Below the pieces are notes generated by a model. The model worked only from the letters and a program-made list of their open reading frames with translations, did no database searches and had not been told where the DNA came from. Both the position numbers and the translations under genes were made by a program. From assembly GCA_051294375.1 (NCBI GenBank), contig CM119263.1, forward strand, positions 27,378,375-27,442,263: DNA of 63,889 nt, read 5' to 3'. This stretch comes from Paraspadella gotoi (taxonomy: Eukaryota > Animalia > Chaetognatha). This document shows positions 24,185 to 38,043 of this stretch, piece after piece; position 1 is the stretch's first letter; the number at the start of each line of letters is the position of its first letter.

Positions 24185-27050
24185 GATAAACGGAAACGCT
24201 GGAATGGGAGTAAGACAAATGGAAATATATTAGTTATGGCAAGATTTGCAGTAAAGCGGATAAGTGTGAAGTATAAACCCGAGATAAGTGCACGATGTGC
24301 AGTATCTCTTAATGCAGTATCGTGAATGTGATCGCATTGTTGCGAAAAATATACATGTGTTAGTCCTTAAAACTTAATGAACGACTTCGGCCTTAAAAAA
24401 CCGGTTGCATGCTCTAGTAAACCTCTGTTACCTGCCCCGTACTCAGTACGATTCATGGAGCTACTATGATACGAAGGAGAATAATAGAACGAAACTCGTA
24501 ATTTTTAGGAGAAAGAATTTAACAAAACGATAATATAAAGGAGAAAAACTGGATCTCCGATTTGACGCTGAAAGGCCTCTCTCTCCTCCACTCTCGCGCA
24601 TCTCTATCTCTCTTCCTCTCTCTCCTCTCACTCTCTTCTCCTCTCTCTCTCTCTCTCCTGCTCTCATCTCTCTCTCAACAGAGGAACAAAGAAATAAAGA
24701 GTTATTTGATCGCGGAAGAATATTATATTCGTCGCTGGCGAGACTTGATCTCAGTGGGGGCCGGGGACCCCCCCGCGGGGGAGTGGTGAGCCGTGGGGGT
24801 AGGCGTGTCGAGAGTTTCGAAAACAAACCCGCCTTCAACACCCCGACCGACCTTCCTTCCTCCCCCTCCGCGCAGAAACCAAATGTATCTCGAATATGAA
24901 TCGCCGTTTACTATTCTCGACTCTCGTCCTCTGTGTCGCTCTTCGTCGGCTTTAGTCCTTTTTTTTGGAATTTATCTTAAACGGTTTTTCTTTAGAACTT
25001 TGTTAGAGTTGGTCTCTCTTGTTTTTTATTCGTTTGTTTTTTGCTCGTAAACCGGGTCGACCAAAACTTGGACTTCAAAAGAATATTTCGCCGATCTGAA
25101 TACAGAAATTGGCCCGTATGTAAATTGGTGAATGGTGTTTGAATTTTTTTTTTTTATGTAAATAATTTTTTTTCTCGTCTGTCATTATTTCGAAATGAAC
25201 TAAACCCTGCCTTTCCTCTCCCACCCTCTCCTCCCCGTTTTTTCTTTTTTTTTCCTTCACTCGCCATCGCTGCGCTTCATTCTCTCACTCTCAGGTAAGA
25301 GAAAATGTGTATGACAAGTGTTTTTCATTCCTATCTCCGCTTCTCTGTCTTTCTCCTCTATCACCTTTGTTTATCATGCTGTGTAACCTCTTTTGCGCCA
25401 AAAAGTATTTCACTCTCTCGACATGAAACTGGATGAGCTTAACCCTCTTCTCCTCCTCTCTCTCTCTCCTCTCTCTTCTCTCTTTTCTACCGACCTTTTC
25501 CCCGAGTTCCCTAATGAACGCTTCTTCTTCAGCTCGGCTCATGTAACAAGAAGGCCTTCCACGAAAGCCCCCCCATCCTCCTACAAGGTTTCTCGCCGCC
25601 CTAAAGGCCCTGGTAATCCCACGGCACTCTCGACGACCCACTCCAACCACCCCCTCTCAAACGTGCGCCCATTCCCCTCTCTCCTCTAGATTTAAAACCA
25701 ACAGCCGAAGCAGTCTAAATAAAAAAACCCCTTGATTAAAATGGATGGGGGGGGGGACGAATTAAAAGCTACAAAAAAAGACGTTTGACTTCCTGAACAA
25801 AGTGGTTAAGAAAGTGATGCTTCCGGGCGGTGTGTAGAAGAACTGTCCACTGAGAAAATTTTCGGGGCTTAAATTCGCCGAGTTTAACTGACTTAGGAAA
25901 AATCGAATTGGTATTGTCGTTATTTTACTTGAAATTTTATCTCGGGAAATCGAAATTGTTGGTGTCAGGTTCACAAAAGCCTTTGTCAAAGAATCCCTAT
26001 GACTTATATCACTTATCCTTATGATTTACCATAAAGTTGGCGAATCTTCACCAGTCACCGAACGATCTGCTCATGATTATTAGTTGACGGTATCTTGGCC
26101 GCCATCATTGTAAGGCATTTCGAATCGTACATTCCGATGGGAAAATCTGACCGTGCAATCTCTGGCCGTGCATTCTATGATCTGGCATCGCGTGGGAGAC
26201 TTCGCCCAGCGAATCAACTATTCTATCTCTCTCTCTCTCTCTCTCTCCTCTCCTCTCTCTCTTCTCTCTCTCTCTCTCTCCTCTCTCTTCTCTCTCTTCT
26301 CTAAGATTGATTCTAATTTCCCCTTTCTTCCTAAATCCTTAACTCATCACCTAAATCTTCCTCTGCTTTTCAAATCTTCTAGCCCACAATTTTATAAAGT
26401 CTTCCTTCTTTCCAAACCGCCTCCTCTCTCTCTCGTTCGCTTTTCAAACTTCTCTGTTGTTGTTGCCTCTCCGAGTCGCAGAAAAGAGGCATTTCCTTCT
26501 GGTTTTTGCGTATGTAGCTAGTCAAGTCGGTCCTCGAGGAGAGAGAGAGAGAGATGAAGAGAGAGATGAGAAAGAGAGAGAGAGAAGAGAGAGAGTAGAG
26601 AGAGAGAGAGGAAGAGAGAGAGAGAGAGAGAGTAGTAGATTTTTCTTTTTTCGTTCCGCTGTTGAAAAATGCTTCCTTTTACCCTTTGTGGCAGTTAATT
26701 TTGTTGAATTTTTTTGATAGCCGAAAACTGAACTGAAGTTTATACTTAAAGTAAGAAGTAGGAAGACCAATTTCTTGGGTCTTTATTGGATTGAATATTA
26801 AATGCCTTCAAATGCCTCTATCGGTATGGCTATTATATTTAAATGTCGGTTAAATGTCGTAAAAAGCTCAAATTAAAAATGTTATAAATAATATTAGTGA
26901 AAACTTTTAAATATGTGTAAAATGTAAAATGTTATAAAAAACATAATCCTTTAAAGTTTTAGAATCCTGTACTTGAAGGTACATAAATAAAATGAACTTG
27001 AGATTTTAATATTTTGTTAAAGTAAAATTCTGAATTTACCTTTCGCCATC
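22609..27050 (+). repeat. Reference (longest) copy of the ~4.4-kb non-coding unit
   Basis: Contains all landmarks shared with the other copies, e.g. GTGAATAGTCTTGAGGCAGAAGG, GCAGATGGTCAACGCAACC, CTAGATTAGGTCCACCCACGCCCACCAG, GATTTGACGCTGAAAGGC, AATCGAATTGGTATTGTCG and AATGCCTTCAAATGCCTCT. Starts right after a 25-N gap and runs into unique sequence. Confidence 0.9.
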
Positions 27051-27157
27051 GATTCACCTAAAAGTCTTTTTTTAAGTTTCAAAGTTGAGATTTGAGGGCG
27101 AAAATGACTGCTGGGTCACGTTTGCTTCATTTATTATGACTTAAAACGGCTTAGCGA

Positions 27158-27192
<35 letters not shown>

Positions 27193-28598
27193 NNNNNNNN
27201 NNNNNNNNNNNNNNNNNNNNNNNNNNNNNNNNNNNNNNNNNNNNNNNNNNNNNNNNNNNNNNNNNNNNNNNNNNNNNNNNNNNNNNNNNNNNNNNNNNNN
27301 NNNNNNNNNNNNNNNNNNNNACGTTCGTGAAAGAATTTGGAGTGAGGGCGCTAAACGCTTCTTCACTGGGTCGGATGACTTACCCAAGACAAAAGGCTTT
27401 TTTCATCCTGAGAAAAAAGACAACAAACTCGAGACGGAAAAAAACTCACCTCGACGAAAAGAGAAAGAAAAAGAGAAAGAAAAAGAGACTCACCCGCGAA
27501 AAAAAAACGAGGTTCGTCTTCCCGAGAAAAAAAGCGACTCTTTTCAAAAAAGGAGAATTAAGAGATAAATAAGAGAAAGAAAGATTTACAATTACTCTGG
27601 TTTTTTNNNNNNNNNNNNNNNNNNNNNNNNNNNNNNNNNNNNNNNNNNNNNNNNNNNNNNNNNNNNNNNNNNNNNNNNNNNNNNNNNNNNNNNNNNNNNN
27701 NNNNNNNNNNNNNNNNNNNNNNNNNNNNNNNNNNNNNNNNNNNNNNNNNNNNNNNNNNNNNNNNNNNNNNNNNNNNNNNNNNNNNNNNNNNNNNNNNNNN
27801 NNNNNNNNNNNNNNNNNNNNNNNNNNNNNNNNNNNNNNNNNNTTTCTTTCTTTCTTTCTTTTTTTCTTTCTTTCTCTTTTTCAATCTCAGGACCCAAACA
27901 GAAAAGAGCATTTAAAAATCCGCCTGGAAAGAACCTTCATTTAATACACGTCAAATGTTTCATGAAATTGATCTGCTCTTCGGTCGTATCATGTAATCAT
28001 ATTTTTTCCTTCTCTCTTCCCCCATCATATCTCTCTCTCTCTNNNNNNNNNNNNNNNNNNNNNNNNNNNNNNNNNNNNNNNNNNNNNNNNNNNNNNNNNN
28101 NNNNNNNNNNNNNNNNNNNNNNNNNNNNNNNNNNNNNNNNNNNNNNNNNNNNNNNNNNNNNNNNNNNNNNNNNNNNNNNNNCAATTGTTTTTGACACTTC
28201 CTGATGAAATTGATGAATGTCCAAACAGAGAGAATTAAAAAAAAACCGAGCGAGAGAGAGAGAGAGAGAGCGAGAGATTGAGACAAAAAAAATAAAAGAA
28301 ATATACGAAGATTTACTCTCCTGTCCACTCCCCTCTTCATGAGATTTATTGTTAGTTAATTCCGTTAATTTTGTTCCAATTTTTTCTTTGTTAATTTTCG
28401 TTAGTCTCGCTCGATTTGCGGCGCCAAGGAACTAGGAAGCGGAGCCGAGGCCCGGACCCGCGAAGGCGCCGAAGGGNNNNNNNNNNNNNNNNNNNNNNNN
28501 NNNNNNNNNNNNNNNNNNNNNNNNNNNNNNNNNNNNNNNNNNNNNNNNNNNNNNNNNNNNNNNNNNNNNNNNNNNNNNNNNNNNNNNNNNNNNNNNNN

Positions 28599-28830
28599 AG
28601 ATGGAAATAGAGAAGTGAGATGAGAAAGAGAGAAGTGAGATGAGATGGAAACAGAATGAAATATAGAAATGAGATGAGAAGATGAAATAAAATAGAGAAG
28701 TAAGATGAGGAGAGAAGTTGAGATAGTAAGAAATAAAAATAGGAAAGTGAGATAAGAAAGAGAAGATAAGATGGAAACGAAATAAAATAGGGAAGTATGA
28801 TAAGGAGAGAAGATAGAGACGAAATAAAAT
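28599..28830 (+). repeat. Degenerate purine-rich minisatellite
   Basis: Recurring GAGAAGTGAGATGAG / GATGGAAA / GAAATAAAATAG modules. Confidence 0.6.
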
Positions 28831-28977
28831 AATCTTATAAAAAGTTCTAAAGAATTAATTGAGTTTCGAAAAAATAACTTTAAAAAGTTGAGAAGAAAAG
28901 TTGAGAAAAGACGTAAAATAGAAAAAAAAGAGTCGAAAAATAAGGTGAGAAAGTCTAAGATAAGTGTGTGTGGACGG

Positions 28978-29061
<84 letters not shown>

Positions 29062-31260
29062 ATGGCATAATAAAGAGATAAAAATAAAATTTAGATCGTA
29101 AAGATAGAAAAGCGGAACGTCCCTTCGTTTTAATTTTGTCTCCAACGTATCATCTCACAATCGNNNNNNNNNNNNNNNNNNNNNNNNNNNNNNNNNNNNN
29201 NNNNNNNNNNNNNNNNNNNNNNNNNNNNNNNNNNNNNNNNNNNNNNNNNNNNNNNNNNNNNNNNNNNNNNNNNNNNNNNNNNNNNNNNNNNNNNNNNNNN
29301 NNNNNNNNNNNNNNNNNNNNNNNNNNNNNNNNNNNNNNNNNNNNNNNNNNNNNNNNNNNNNNNNNNNNNNNNNNNNNNNNNNNNNNNNNNNNNNCCCCTT
29401 ACCCACCCTCCGAGTTTCCTGTCTGGTGGCAGTTAAAAAGTAAGTTCGTCTTCGGTTGGACACGAATTTCATTTGTTAACCGCCGCTCCGTTTATCCTGC
29501 CTGACGTGGGATCCAGTCGCTTCCTTACCCATCCTGAAATATGCCTCGATTAAAAACGACTCTCTCTCTCTCTCTCTCTCTCTNNNNNNNNNNNNNNNNN
29601 NNNNNNNNNNNNNNNNNNNNNNNNNNNNNNNNNNNNNNNNNNNNNNNNNNNNNNNNNNNNNNNNNNNNNNNNNNNNNNNNNNNNNNNNNNNNNNNNNNNN
29701 NNNNNNNNNNNNNNNNNNNNNNNNNNNNNNNNNNNNNNNNNNNNNNNNNNNNNNNNNNNNNNNNNNNNNNNNNNNNNNNNNNNNNNNNNNTCCGGTTGTT
29801 TATTTCCAAGCCATATAACAATATTTAAGAATTAACTTTACATTATCCCAATAATAAAGAGGTTTTAAACTTACCACTGAATCAATCTCAGTACATTCTC
29901 CCTCTCCCTCTCTCCCTCTTCTCCGACTCCCTCTCCCTCTCGCCCTTTTTTCTTTCCGGTTTTTCATAGTCCGCGTTTTGCCCGAACCAGGCACATCGTG
30001 TCCGGAAACAGACACAGAACCTAATAGAGAAGTGTTCGAAAAAAAGTAAAGGAAAGTCGTCGGGGCCGAATAAATCTAAAATCTCGGAACGGGAGGGAAC
30101 GGATCGATCTCGCTTCTCTCAGATTTTCGTCTATCACGCTTTCGTCGATCTCGTGCCAAAATGCCAGGACTGTTCTTTGAAAACCGGAAAGAAAGAAGTA
30201 AGATGGCGAGAGGCGAGAGGGAGAGTCGGGGATGAGAGGAGCGAAGAGAGGCGATCGTAGGGAGCATGTTACTGGATTGCATTCAAGTGCGTAAGTATTG
30301 AAAACCCTCTTTATCTATTGGGATAATTGTGTTTACCGCAGTTTTAATTCTCTAAGAATATGATTGTTAATGGCTCTGGAAATATAAACCACAACCGGAT
30401 TGCGCATTGGAGTGGTATTCCCACACAAAAGCGAGGAGAGAGATCGGCGAGAGGTCTGGTTCTGACGACGAGTCGAGCTGGATCGGAGATGGGATGAGAC
30501 GGATCGGCAGGAGATCACCGAGAGGAGGGAGATGATGATGACGCGGGGGGGCGGAGAAGAGGAGGAGCGACCGGAGAGAGAGACTAGAGAGATGAGTCGT
30601 TTTTAATTCGACGGGCATTATTTTCAGGAGGGGTGATAAGGGAGCGACATGGGATCCCACGTCAGGCAGGGAATAAAGCGGAGCGCGCGGTTAACGAAAT
30701 GTAAGATGTCGTCCGGGCAGTGTGGTCCCACCGGAAAGACTGAACTTACTTTTTAACGTCGCCACCAGACCAGGGAGAACTTCGGGAGGGTGACGAGGTG
30801 TATAAGGGGAGCGTGGTGGGGTGGAAATAAACGAAGTGTGGTGGGGTGGGGCAAGGTAGTGTGAGTTAAAGATGACCTGCCGATAATTGTTGAAGAACAA
30901 TTTATAATATAAAGAACTGAGATGAAGCGGTGTTGTAAAAAGTTCAACGATCTGGCGTTCTGGGTTCTTTAGGGGGCGTTAGGAGGTGGGGAGCGTTTGG
31001 GTGGAAGAGGGGGGGAGAGGTGGGGGAAGCGATTGTGAGATTGCATACGTTTGGAGACAAATTTAAACGAAGGGAGCGTTCCGCCTTTTCTATTCTTTCG
31101 ATGCTAAATTTTAGTTTTTATCCCTTATTATGTATGCGAGTGTTCTCTCTCTCTCTCTCTGTCTCTCTCTCGTCGTGCTCCTGTCTCTTTCTCGCTCTCT
31201 CTCTTCTCTCTGGCTCTCCTCTTCTCTCTTCTCATCTCTCTCTCTCGCGTTATTTCTCTT
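28978..31260. repeat. Second fold-back: ~30110-31260 is an insertion-rich reverse complement of ~28978-30030
   Basis: For example, 29485-29560 CGCTCCGTTTATCCTGCCTGACGTGGGATCC...TAAAAACGAC pairs with 30595-30690, 29060-29163 with 31030-31140, and 29791-29970 with 30165-30400. Confidence 0.85.
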
Positions 31261-34200
31261 CTCGGACTCGACTTTGATTGTATTCCAAACGCACGAAATT
31301 TTGTCAGCGTCGTATGTAGACTTAATCGGTGAATCCATTAAGATATTCATTTCTTGATATACGTCGTAGAGGAGAGAAGAAAAGAATAGAACGAAAGACA
31401 ATGATTAGAGCCAGAATGAGACGACGAGATGAGGAGACGCGGAAGAGGTAGAGAGAGATGAGAGAGACGAGGAGAGAGATACGAGGAGAGAAGGACTGAT
31501 GGACTCGATGAAATCGTGAAACTGTTGAAGTAAGGTTGAGCTGATGTAAGGTTTTTATCATGCTCGCCGGAGGGTCGACGACGACTGATGACGACGCGAC
31601 GGCGACGGAGAAACCAGGCAGGGTTTAAGGAGTACGATTTTAGAAGTGAAAAGAGAGAGGAATTAGAAAATCCGAGAAAAATTTTGTATTTCGCCATCAA
31701 TGATACGAAAAGTTCCACTTTTTTTTACGAGAGGAAGAGAGAATTTGTCGGGACGTGAGAGAGCAGGAGCATGAGATCGGGCGATGAGAGAGAGGGAGAG
31801 AGGAGGCCTGTGGGTGATTAACGGCGAATAGAGGAGGAGGTAGTTACAGAGACGAGAGGAGAGGGGGACGAGAGCGCGAGAGAGGCCGCCGCGCCCGTAG
31901 CACAACGCACGGTCGACATGCGGATGCGGGCTCTCAGCGCTCTTTCACCCCCCGACGTCGTTCTGGGGGCCGCATTGCCATATTCCTTACCAAGTCGGGT
32001 AAAGCCTATGGCGTCAGAAGCTGAGTTCTGGACCTAATCAAAAGTCGAGGCGGAGCGGAAAGTCCGAGTCAGAACGCCAATCAAAGGCCGAGGCGTGGCA
32101 CCGAGATGGAAACGCTTCAGATTACGGACGACCGCGCTGGGAGGCGACGACGGAGACGGAAACCGGGTCCCGAGAGGAGAGAGAGAGAGGAGAGAGATGA
32201 GTGAGAGAGTGAGATGAGAGAGAGAGAGATAGACGAGAGAGAGAAGAGAGAGAGAGAGAGAGATTAACAAAAATTAAGAAAAAGAGCAAAAATTATAACC
32301 GCAAACAGAAGAATAGAAAATATGGAGAGGAAAGCCGTCAAGAAATGGGAACGCTTTCTCTCATCTCTGGTTCTCTCTCTCTTCTCTCTACTCTCTCTCG
32401 CTCTCTCTCCTTCTCTCTCTCTCTCTCTCTCTCTCTTCCAGCAAAGCCTTGGGTAAAACAGGCGCGGAAAGTGTGAGCGAGATGATGTAAGTGGTGAGTT
32501 GAGTTCGGGTAGAGGAAATTGTGCTGGAGCGATGGAGAAAAAGTTGGGACGGGATTTGGTCAGACGTAACGGATTTGTGACGTCGTGATCTCTCTTCGTT
32601 GGGTGGGGGAGTNNNNNNNNNNNNNNNNNNNNNNNNNACTTTTTTCTCTTCTTTTTTTGGGTCATTCCTGACCTTTTATCCTGAGGGTCAGGCCGATTGG
32701 AACGAAGGATGGAGAGAATAAGTTTGTGTCTCTAATGATTCATGAGGTGAAAGGCGACTGAGGGGGCGATGAAAATTAACATTATTAATTAAAAGTATTG
32801 CCAACATATTTTTGTAAAATAAAAATGAACAAACTTTTTTCATATTTAAATAAATATTAAAACTGAAACAAAATTAACGAAATGAAATTAAAATTAAACA
32901 ACCATTACTTGGAGAAATGTTACGTATTACACGAAACCGTTCATAAACCTGTTAAAAGTAATGATTTCGTGATTACAGCCAAAAATCCGAATTAAAAAAG
33001 TGCTAACGATCAAAGGTTTCATAAATTAATTAATTAATCATTCATTAATTTATTCATTTATTTATTCATTCATTCATAAATTAATGAATGATTTATNNNN
33101 NNNNNNNNNNNNNNNNNNNNNNNNNNNNNNNNNNNNNNNNNNNNNNNNNNNNNNNNNNNNNNNNNNNNNNNNNNNNNNNNNNNNNNNNNNNNNNNNNNNN
33201 NNNNNNNNNNNNNNNNNNNNNNNNNNNNNNNNNNNNNNNNNNNNNAAATAAATAAATAAATAAATAAATAATTAAATAAATAAAATGGAAGACAAAATTT
33301 TTCAAGCGAACCAAGAGATCCGAAACGATTACATCCGATCTCCGGTGGCGATTGAATCGAGGATCGAGGATCTAGAATCGGGTTGACAACTAATTGATGA
33401 TCCACGACCCGATTATTTCAAAAAGGAAAAAAAATAAGAAAAGAAAAGAAAAGAAGAATAATTAATAAAAGAAAAAAAGGGAAAAAAAGGGAAGAAAAAA
33501 AATGGAAGCGGATAAAGAAATGATCGTTCGATCAGATTCGCTCTCGAGATAAAAACGACCGATTATGAAAAAAAAATTCTAGTCCGTTTATTTTTGTTCG
33601 CTTGAGCTAGTTAGAAGCGCCCCCCTCCCCCCTACCCTCTCCTTCCTTCGTACGTGTATTTTATTTTTTTCGACCACCTCCACAACTTCCCCCTTTTTCA
33701 AATCCCCCTTATCTAATCCTCACTTCAACCCCCAACAATTATTGTTCTTAAATGCTATTTTGCGTATTAAGCTCCACCCCCCCACTCCGATTTATCATAC
33801 TCGATGCGTGCATCAGTATTTATGCATTACGGCACTGCTCATCTCTCTCTGCCATCTCTCTCTTGCTTCTACTCATGTCTCTCATCCTCTATCATCTCAT
33901 CTTCTCGCTATTCTGTCTTTCGAGCGCGAAAGGGGATGGGCATGCGATGGCGGACGCGGGTTGACACTTCGTCGAGCGCACAGAGAGTGCGATGTCTCCG
34001 GTCCGACTGCTTTGTCAGCACAAGATGATGACAATCGAATTTCGACTCTTCATTATTGTGTCATATTCTCACATTTTATCTATTTTTTTTCTCATATGTC
34101 TCTCTCCTCTCGTCTTCTCTTCCCCTCTCATCTCTCGAGTCTCATCTCTCGAGTCACTACTCCTCAGCAGATCGTCATCGTCGAGCACATAGGTCTCTCA

Positions 34201-35686
34201 TCTCTCCTTCGTCAGTCCTTCTCTCTAGCGCTTACAATCTGTCTCTGTCTCTCTCTTTTCTTTGGGCCGCGAGATTCCACCCTCTCGTCGTTATTCCGTG
34301 AGAATCTTGAGGCCATTGCTAAGAACGTTGTTTCCATTTTCAAGCGAGCTCTTGCTGGTTTCATTGAAGTCATTCAGAGGTAATTTCTTTTCCTGTTTGA
34401 GTCGAAAGACAGGAAATCAGGAAGATTTCCTTGTCAATAAAAGGCGCGAAAGAAAACGAAAAAGAAACAAATCAGATCCGACCAAAAAATTGTTACCGAA
34501 AATTTAAAAAATCAAGTAAAAACTATCATCTTATTCAAACCTAATCCGACTGACCATATATTAAATAATAAAATAATAAAATAATATATTAAATAATAAA
34601 ATAGTTGAAACGACCGACGAACATCATCAGTAACTCAATGTCGAGATAAACCAAAACCAACAACAACAAAAACGACAACTGAAAAAGGGTGGAACTCAAC
34701 CGTTCGGAATAAAAGAACTCAAAATGGAAATCTTTTCACCGTCGAGTTTCGCCAGACGAGCTCCGAATTTCTTTTTTCTTTTTTTTTCTTTTTCTTTTTT
34801 CATCGTTTTATATTCGAATTCCAAAGTTTCCGGATTCAGGGTCGCAGGGTTTTTTTTTGCTCGCTTCGCTTCTCGCTTTTCGGTTCTGCTACAACGGTTA
34901 GCAATGGAGCCAAAAATAAAGCACAATTGGCGCAAAGGAGACGAAATATTGACGAAAAAATGGCGTTTTTTTGATGAATATTGATCGAAAATGGAAGCAA
35001 AGGAGAGGAAAATAGAAATAAAGAATTAAATTCTATTCTATTTGACTTAAAAATGTTGACTTTGGTTCCATCTCTTGGTTCCACCTCTTTGTTTCATCAT
35101 CGAACACGAGCAACATCGAGATGGAGTTAGAGAATTGAAAAAGAGAATTGTGACGACGACGAAGACGACGACAGTGAGAGAGAGAGGAGAGATTGATTTT
35201 CTCCTAATTTTGTCGATTCACTTCGTTCACCTATTGTCTTCTTCGTCNNNNNNNNNNNNNNNNNNNNNNNNNNNNNNNNNNNNNNNNNNNNNNNNNNNNN
35301 NNNNNNNNNNNNNNNNNNNNNNNNNNNNNNNNNNNNNNNNNNNNNNNNNNNNNNNNNNNNNNNNNNNNNNNNNNNNNNNNCTTTATTTCTCTCTTTCTTT
35401 CCCCCTCCACCTTACCCTCCATTCTCCCCAACTTACCTCTCCCCGCGCATGTTGATTCCGTCAGTCCGAGTAGGTGCGATCGATGTCAACCAAAAGATGG
35501 ATGGGCCTCCATCGATGGCACCTCTGGAGTTGGACCCGGCCGTACGAGGGGGGGGGAAGAAGCCGGTCGCCGGCAGCCGGGGCGGGCCGAAGGGGCAGCC
35601 GACCGATCAGTGCGCTCATCGGACGAACGCCCTCGTAAGCGGCGCGGTCAGATTCGCCCGGCGTCCAATCAACGAATTTACGACCT

Positions 35687-35718
<32 letters not shown>

Positions 35719-38043
35719 CCCGTGATGGAGATTTGTGATTTTAAGATTCTGGTTTGTGAATCATTGACCGGGTCAGTGATTCCAATCTGATCCAACTGAC
35801 TTGACTCTCCGTCGNNNNNNNNNNNNNNNNNNNNNNNNNNNNNNNNNNNNNNNNNNNNNNNNNNNNNNNNNNNNNNNNNNNNNNNNNNNTTTCAATATCT
35901 GCCTTTCGAGGTGACGAAAATATGACTTGTACGACCGAATTTAAAAACCAATATCGACGCTTCTCTCTCCCCTCCCTCTTTTTTTTTNNNNNNNNNNNNN
36001 NNNNNNNNNNNNNNNNNNNNNNNNNNNNNNNNNNNNNNNNNNNNNNNNNNNNNNNNNNNNNNNNNNNNNNNNNNNNNNNNNNNNNNNNNNNNNNNNNNNN
36101 NNNNNNNNNNNNNNNNNNNNNNNNNNNNNNNNNNNNNNNNNNNNNNNNNNNNNNNNNNNNNNNNNNNNNNNNNNNNNNNNNNNNNNNNNNNNNNNNNNNN
36201 NNNNNNNNNNNNNNNNNNNNNNATCTATGACTTAATTTTATTTTTTATTTTGAGATCTAACTTGCCTTGAACCTTTGGGACCCAATATTCGAGAAAAGAA
36301 TTTAGGACAAATCTTTCGAATTCTCTAACAACAACAAAAAAATGGCAACAACAATTATAAACATTATAAACTTTGTCAGGNNNNNNNNNNNNNNNNNNNN
36401 NNNNNNNNNNNNNNNNNNNNNNNNNNNNNNNNNNNNNNNNNNNNNNNNNNNNNNNNNNNNNNNNNNNNNNNNNNNNNNNNNNNNNNNNNNNNNNNNNNNN
36501 NNNNNNNNNNNNNNNNNNNNNNNNNNNNNNNNNNNNNNNNNNNNNNNNNNNNNNNNNNNNNNNNNNNNNNNNNNNNNNNNNNNNNNNNNNNNNNNNNNNN
36601 NNNNNNNNNNNNNNNNNNNNNNNNNNNNNNNNNNNNNNNNAGAGAGAGTGAGAGTGAGAGGCCAAGAGATGTTAACTTGAAACCAACATTCGATCCTCAT
36701 CGCATTGGTTACCTTGCCGCATNNNNNNNNNNNNNNNNNNNNNNNNNNNNNNNNNNNNNNNNNNNNNNNNNNNNNNNNNNNNNNNNNNNNNNNNNNNNNN
36801 NNNNNNNNNNNNNNNNNNNNNNNNNNNNNNNNNNNNNNNNNNNNNNNNNNNNNNNNNNNNNNNNNNNNNNNNNNNNNNNNNNNNNNNNNNNNNNNNNNNN
36901 NNNNNNNNNCGCTCTTAACTTACCCAGAGAGAATTCCTTACCCTCAATTTATCGAACTCACTGAACTTTCTTTGGTCGTTCTCCTCCGTTGACTCACGTC
37001 ACTCTTGTCACTCACCTCATTACTCTCACTCGAGTTCCTTTCTCATTTTTCCTTACCTTTTTCCCTTTTTATTTCCTTTTTCTTACCTTTTTTCCTTTTT
37101 CTTTCTTTAACTCCGCATGACCAAGAGACTTAAATCAAACGATACCCTCACGCATTCGCTCAATCGATTTGTGAGATTTCATCACTTTTTTCTTTTTTCG
37201 ATTCACAAAATCACACAATGATGGTATTTTTTCGGCGGTGATTCTTTCTTTATTTTGCTTGATGTTCTTTTGTCTAATGCCACTCTGANNNNNNNNNNNN
37301 NNNNNNNNNNNNNNNNNNNNNNNNNNNNNNNNNNNNNNNNNNNNNNNNNNNNNNNNNNNNNNNNNNNNNNNNNNNNNNNNNNNNNNNNNNNNNNNNNNNN
37401 NNNNNNNNNNNNNNNNNNNNNNNNNNNNNNNNNNNNNNNNNNNNNNNNNNNNNNNNNNNNNNNNNNNNNNNNNNNNNNNNNNNNNNNNNNNNNNNNNNNN
37501 NNNNNNNNNNNNNNNNNNNNNNNNNNNNNNNNNNNNNNNNNNNNNNNNNNNNNNNNNNNNNNNNNNNNNNNNNNNNNNNNNNNNNNNNNNNNNNNNNNNN
37601 NNNNNNNNNNNNNNNNNNNNNNNNNNNNNNNNNNNNNNNNNNNNNNNNNNNNNNNNNNNNNNNNNNNNNNNNNNNNNNNNNNNNNNNNNNNNNNNNNNNN
37701 NNNNNNNNNNNNNNNNNNNNNNNNNNNNNNNNNNNNNNNNNNNNNNNNNNNNNNNNNNNNNNNNNNNNNNNNNNNNNNNNNNNNNNNNNNNNNNNNNNNN
37801 NNNNNNNNNNNNNNNNNNNNNNNNNNNNNNNNNNNNNNNNNNNNNNNNNNNNNNNNNNNNNNNNNNNNNNNNNNNNNNNNNNNNNNNNNNNNNNNNNNNN
37901 NNNNNNNNNNNNNNNNNNNNNNNNNNNNNNNNNNNNNNNNNNNNNNNNNNNNNNNNNNNNNNNNNNNNNNNNNNNNNNNNNNNNNNNNNNNNNNNNNNNN
38001 NNNNNNNNNNNNNNNNNNNNNNNNNNNNNNNNNNNNNNNNNNN

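Noticed and set aside
8723-27050. The repeated and inverted unit as a foldback transposon, LTR element or novel amplification system
   Set aside because: No transposase, RT or other ORF, and no TSDs or modular TIRs. Differences are indel noise, junctions are 25-N placeholders, and the palindrome centre resembles a sequencing adapter.
716-27050. Dscam-like array of duplicated alternative Ig exons upstream of the Ig gene
   Set aside because: The unit contains no Ig motifs (C..W..Y-x-C) or consistent exon-like segment.
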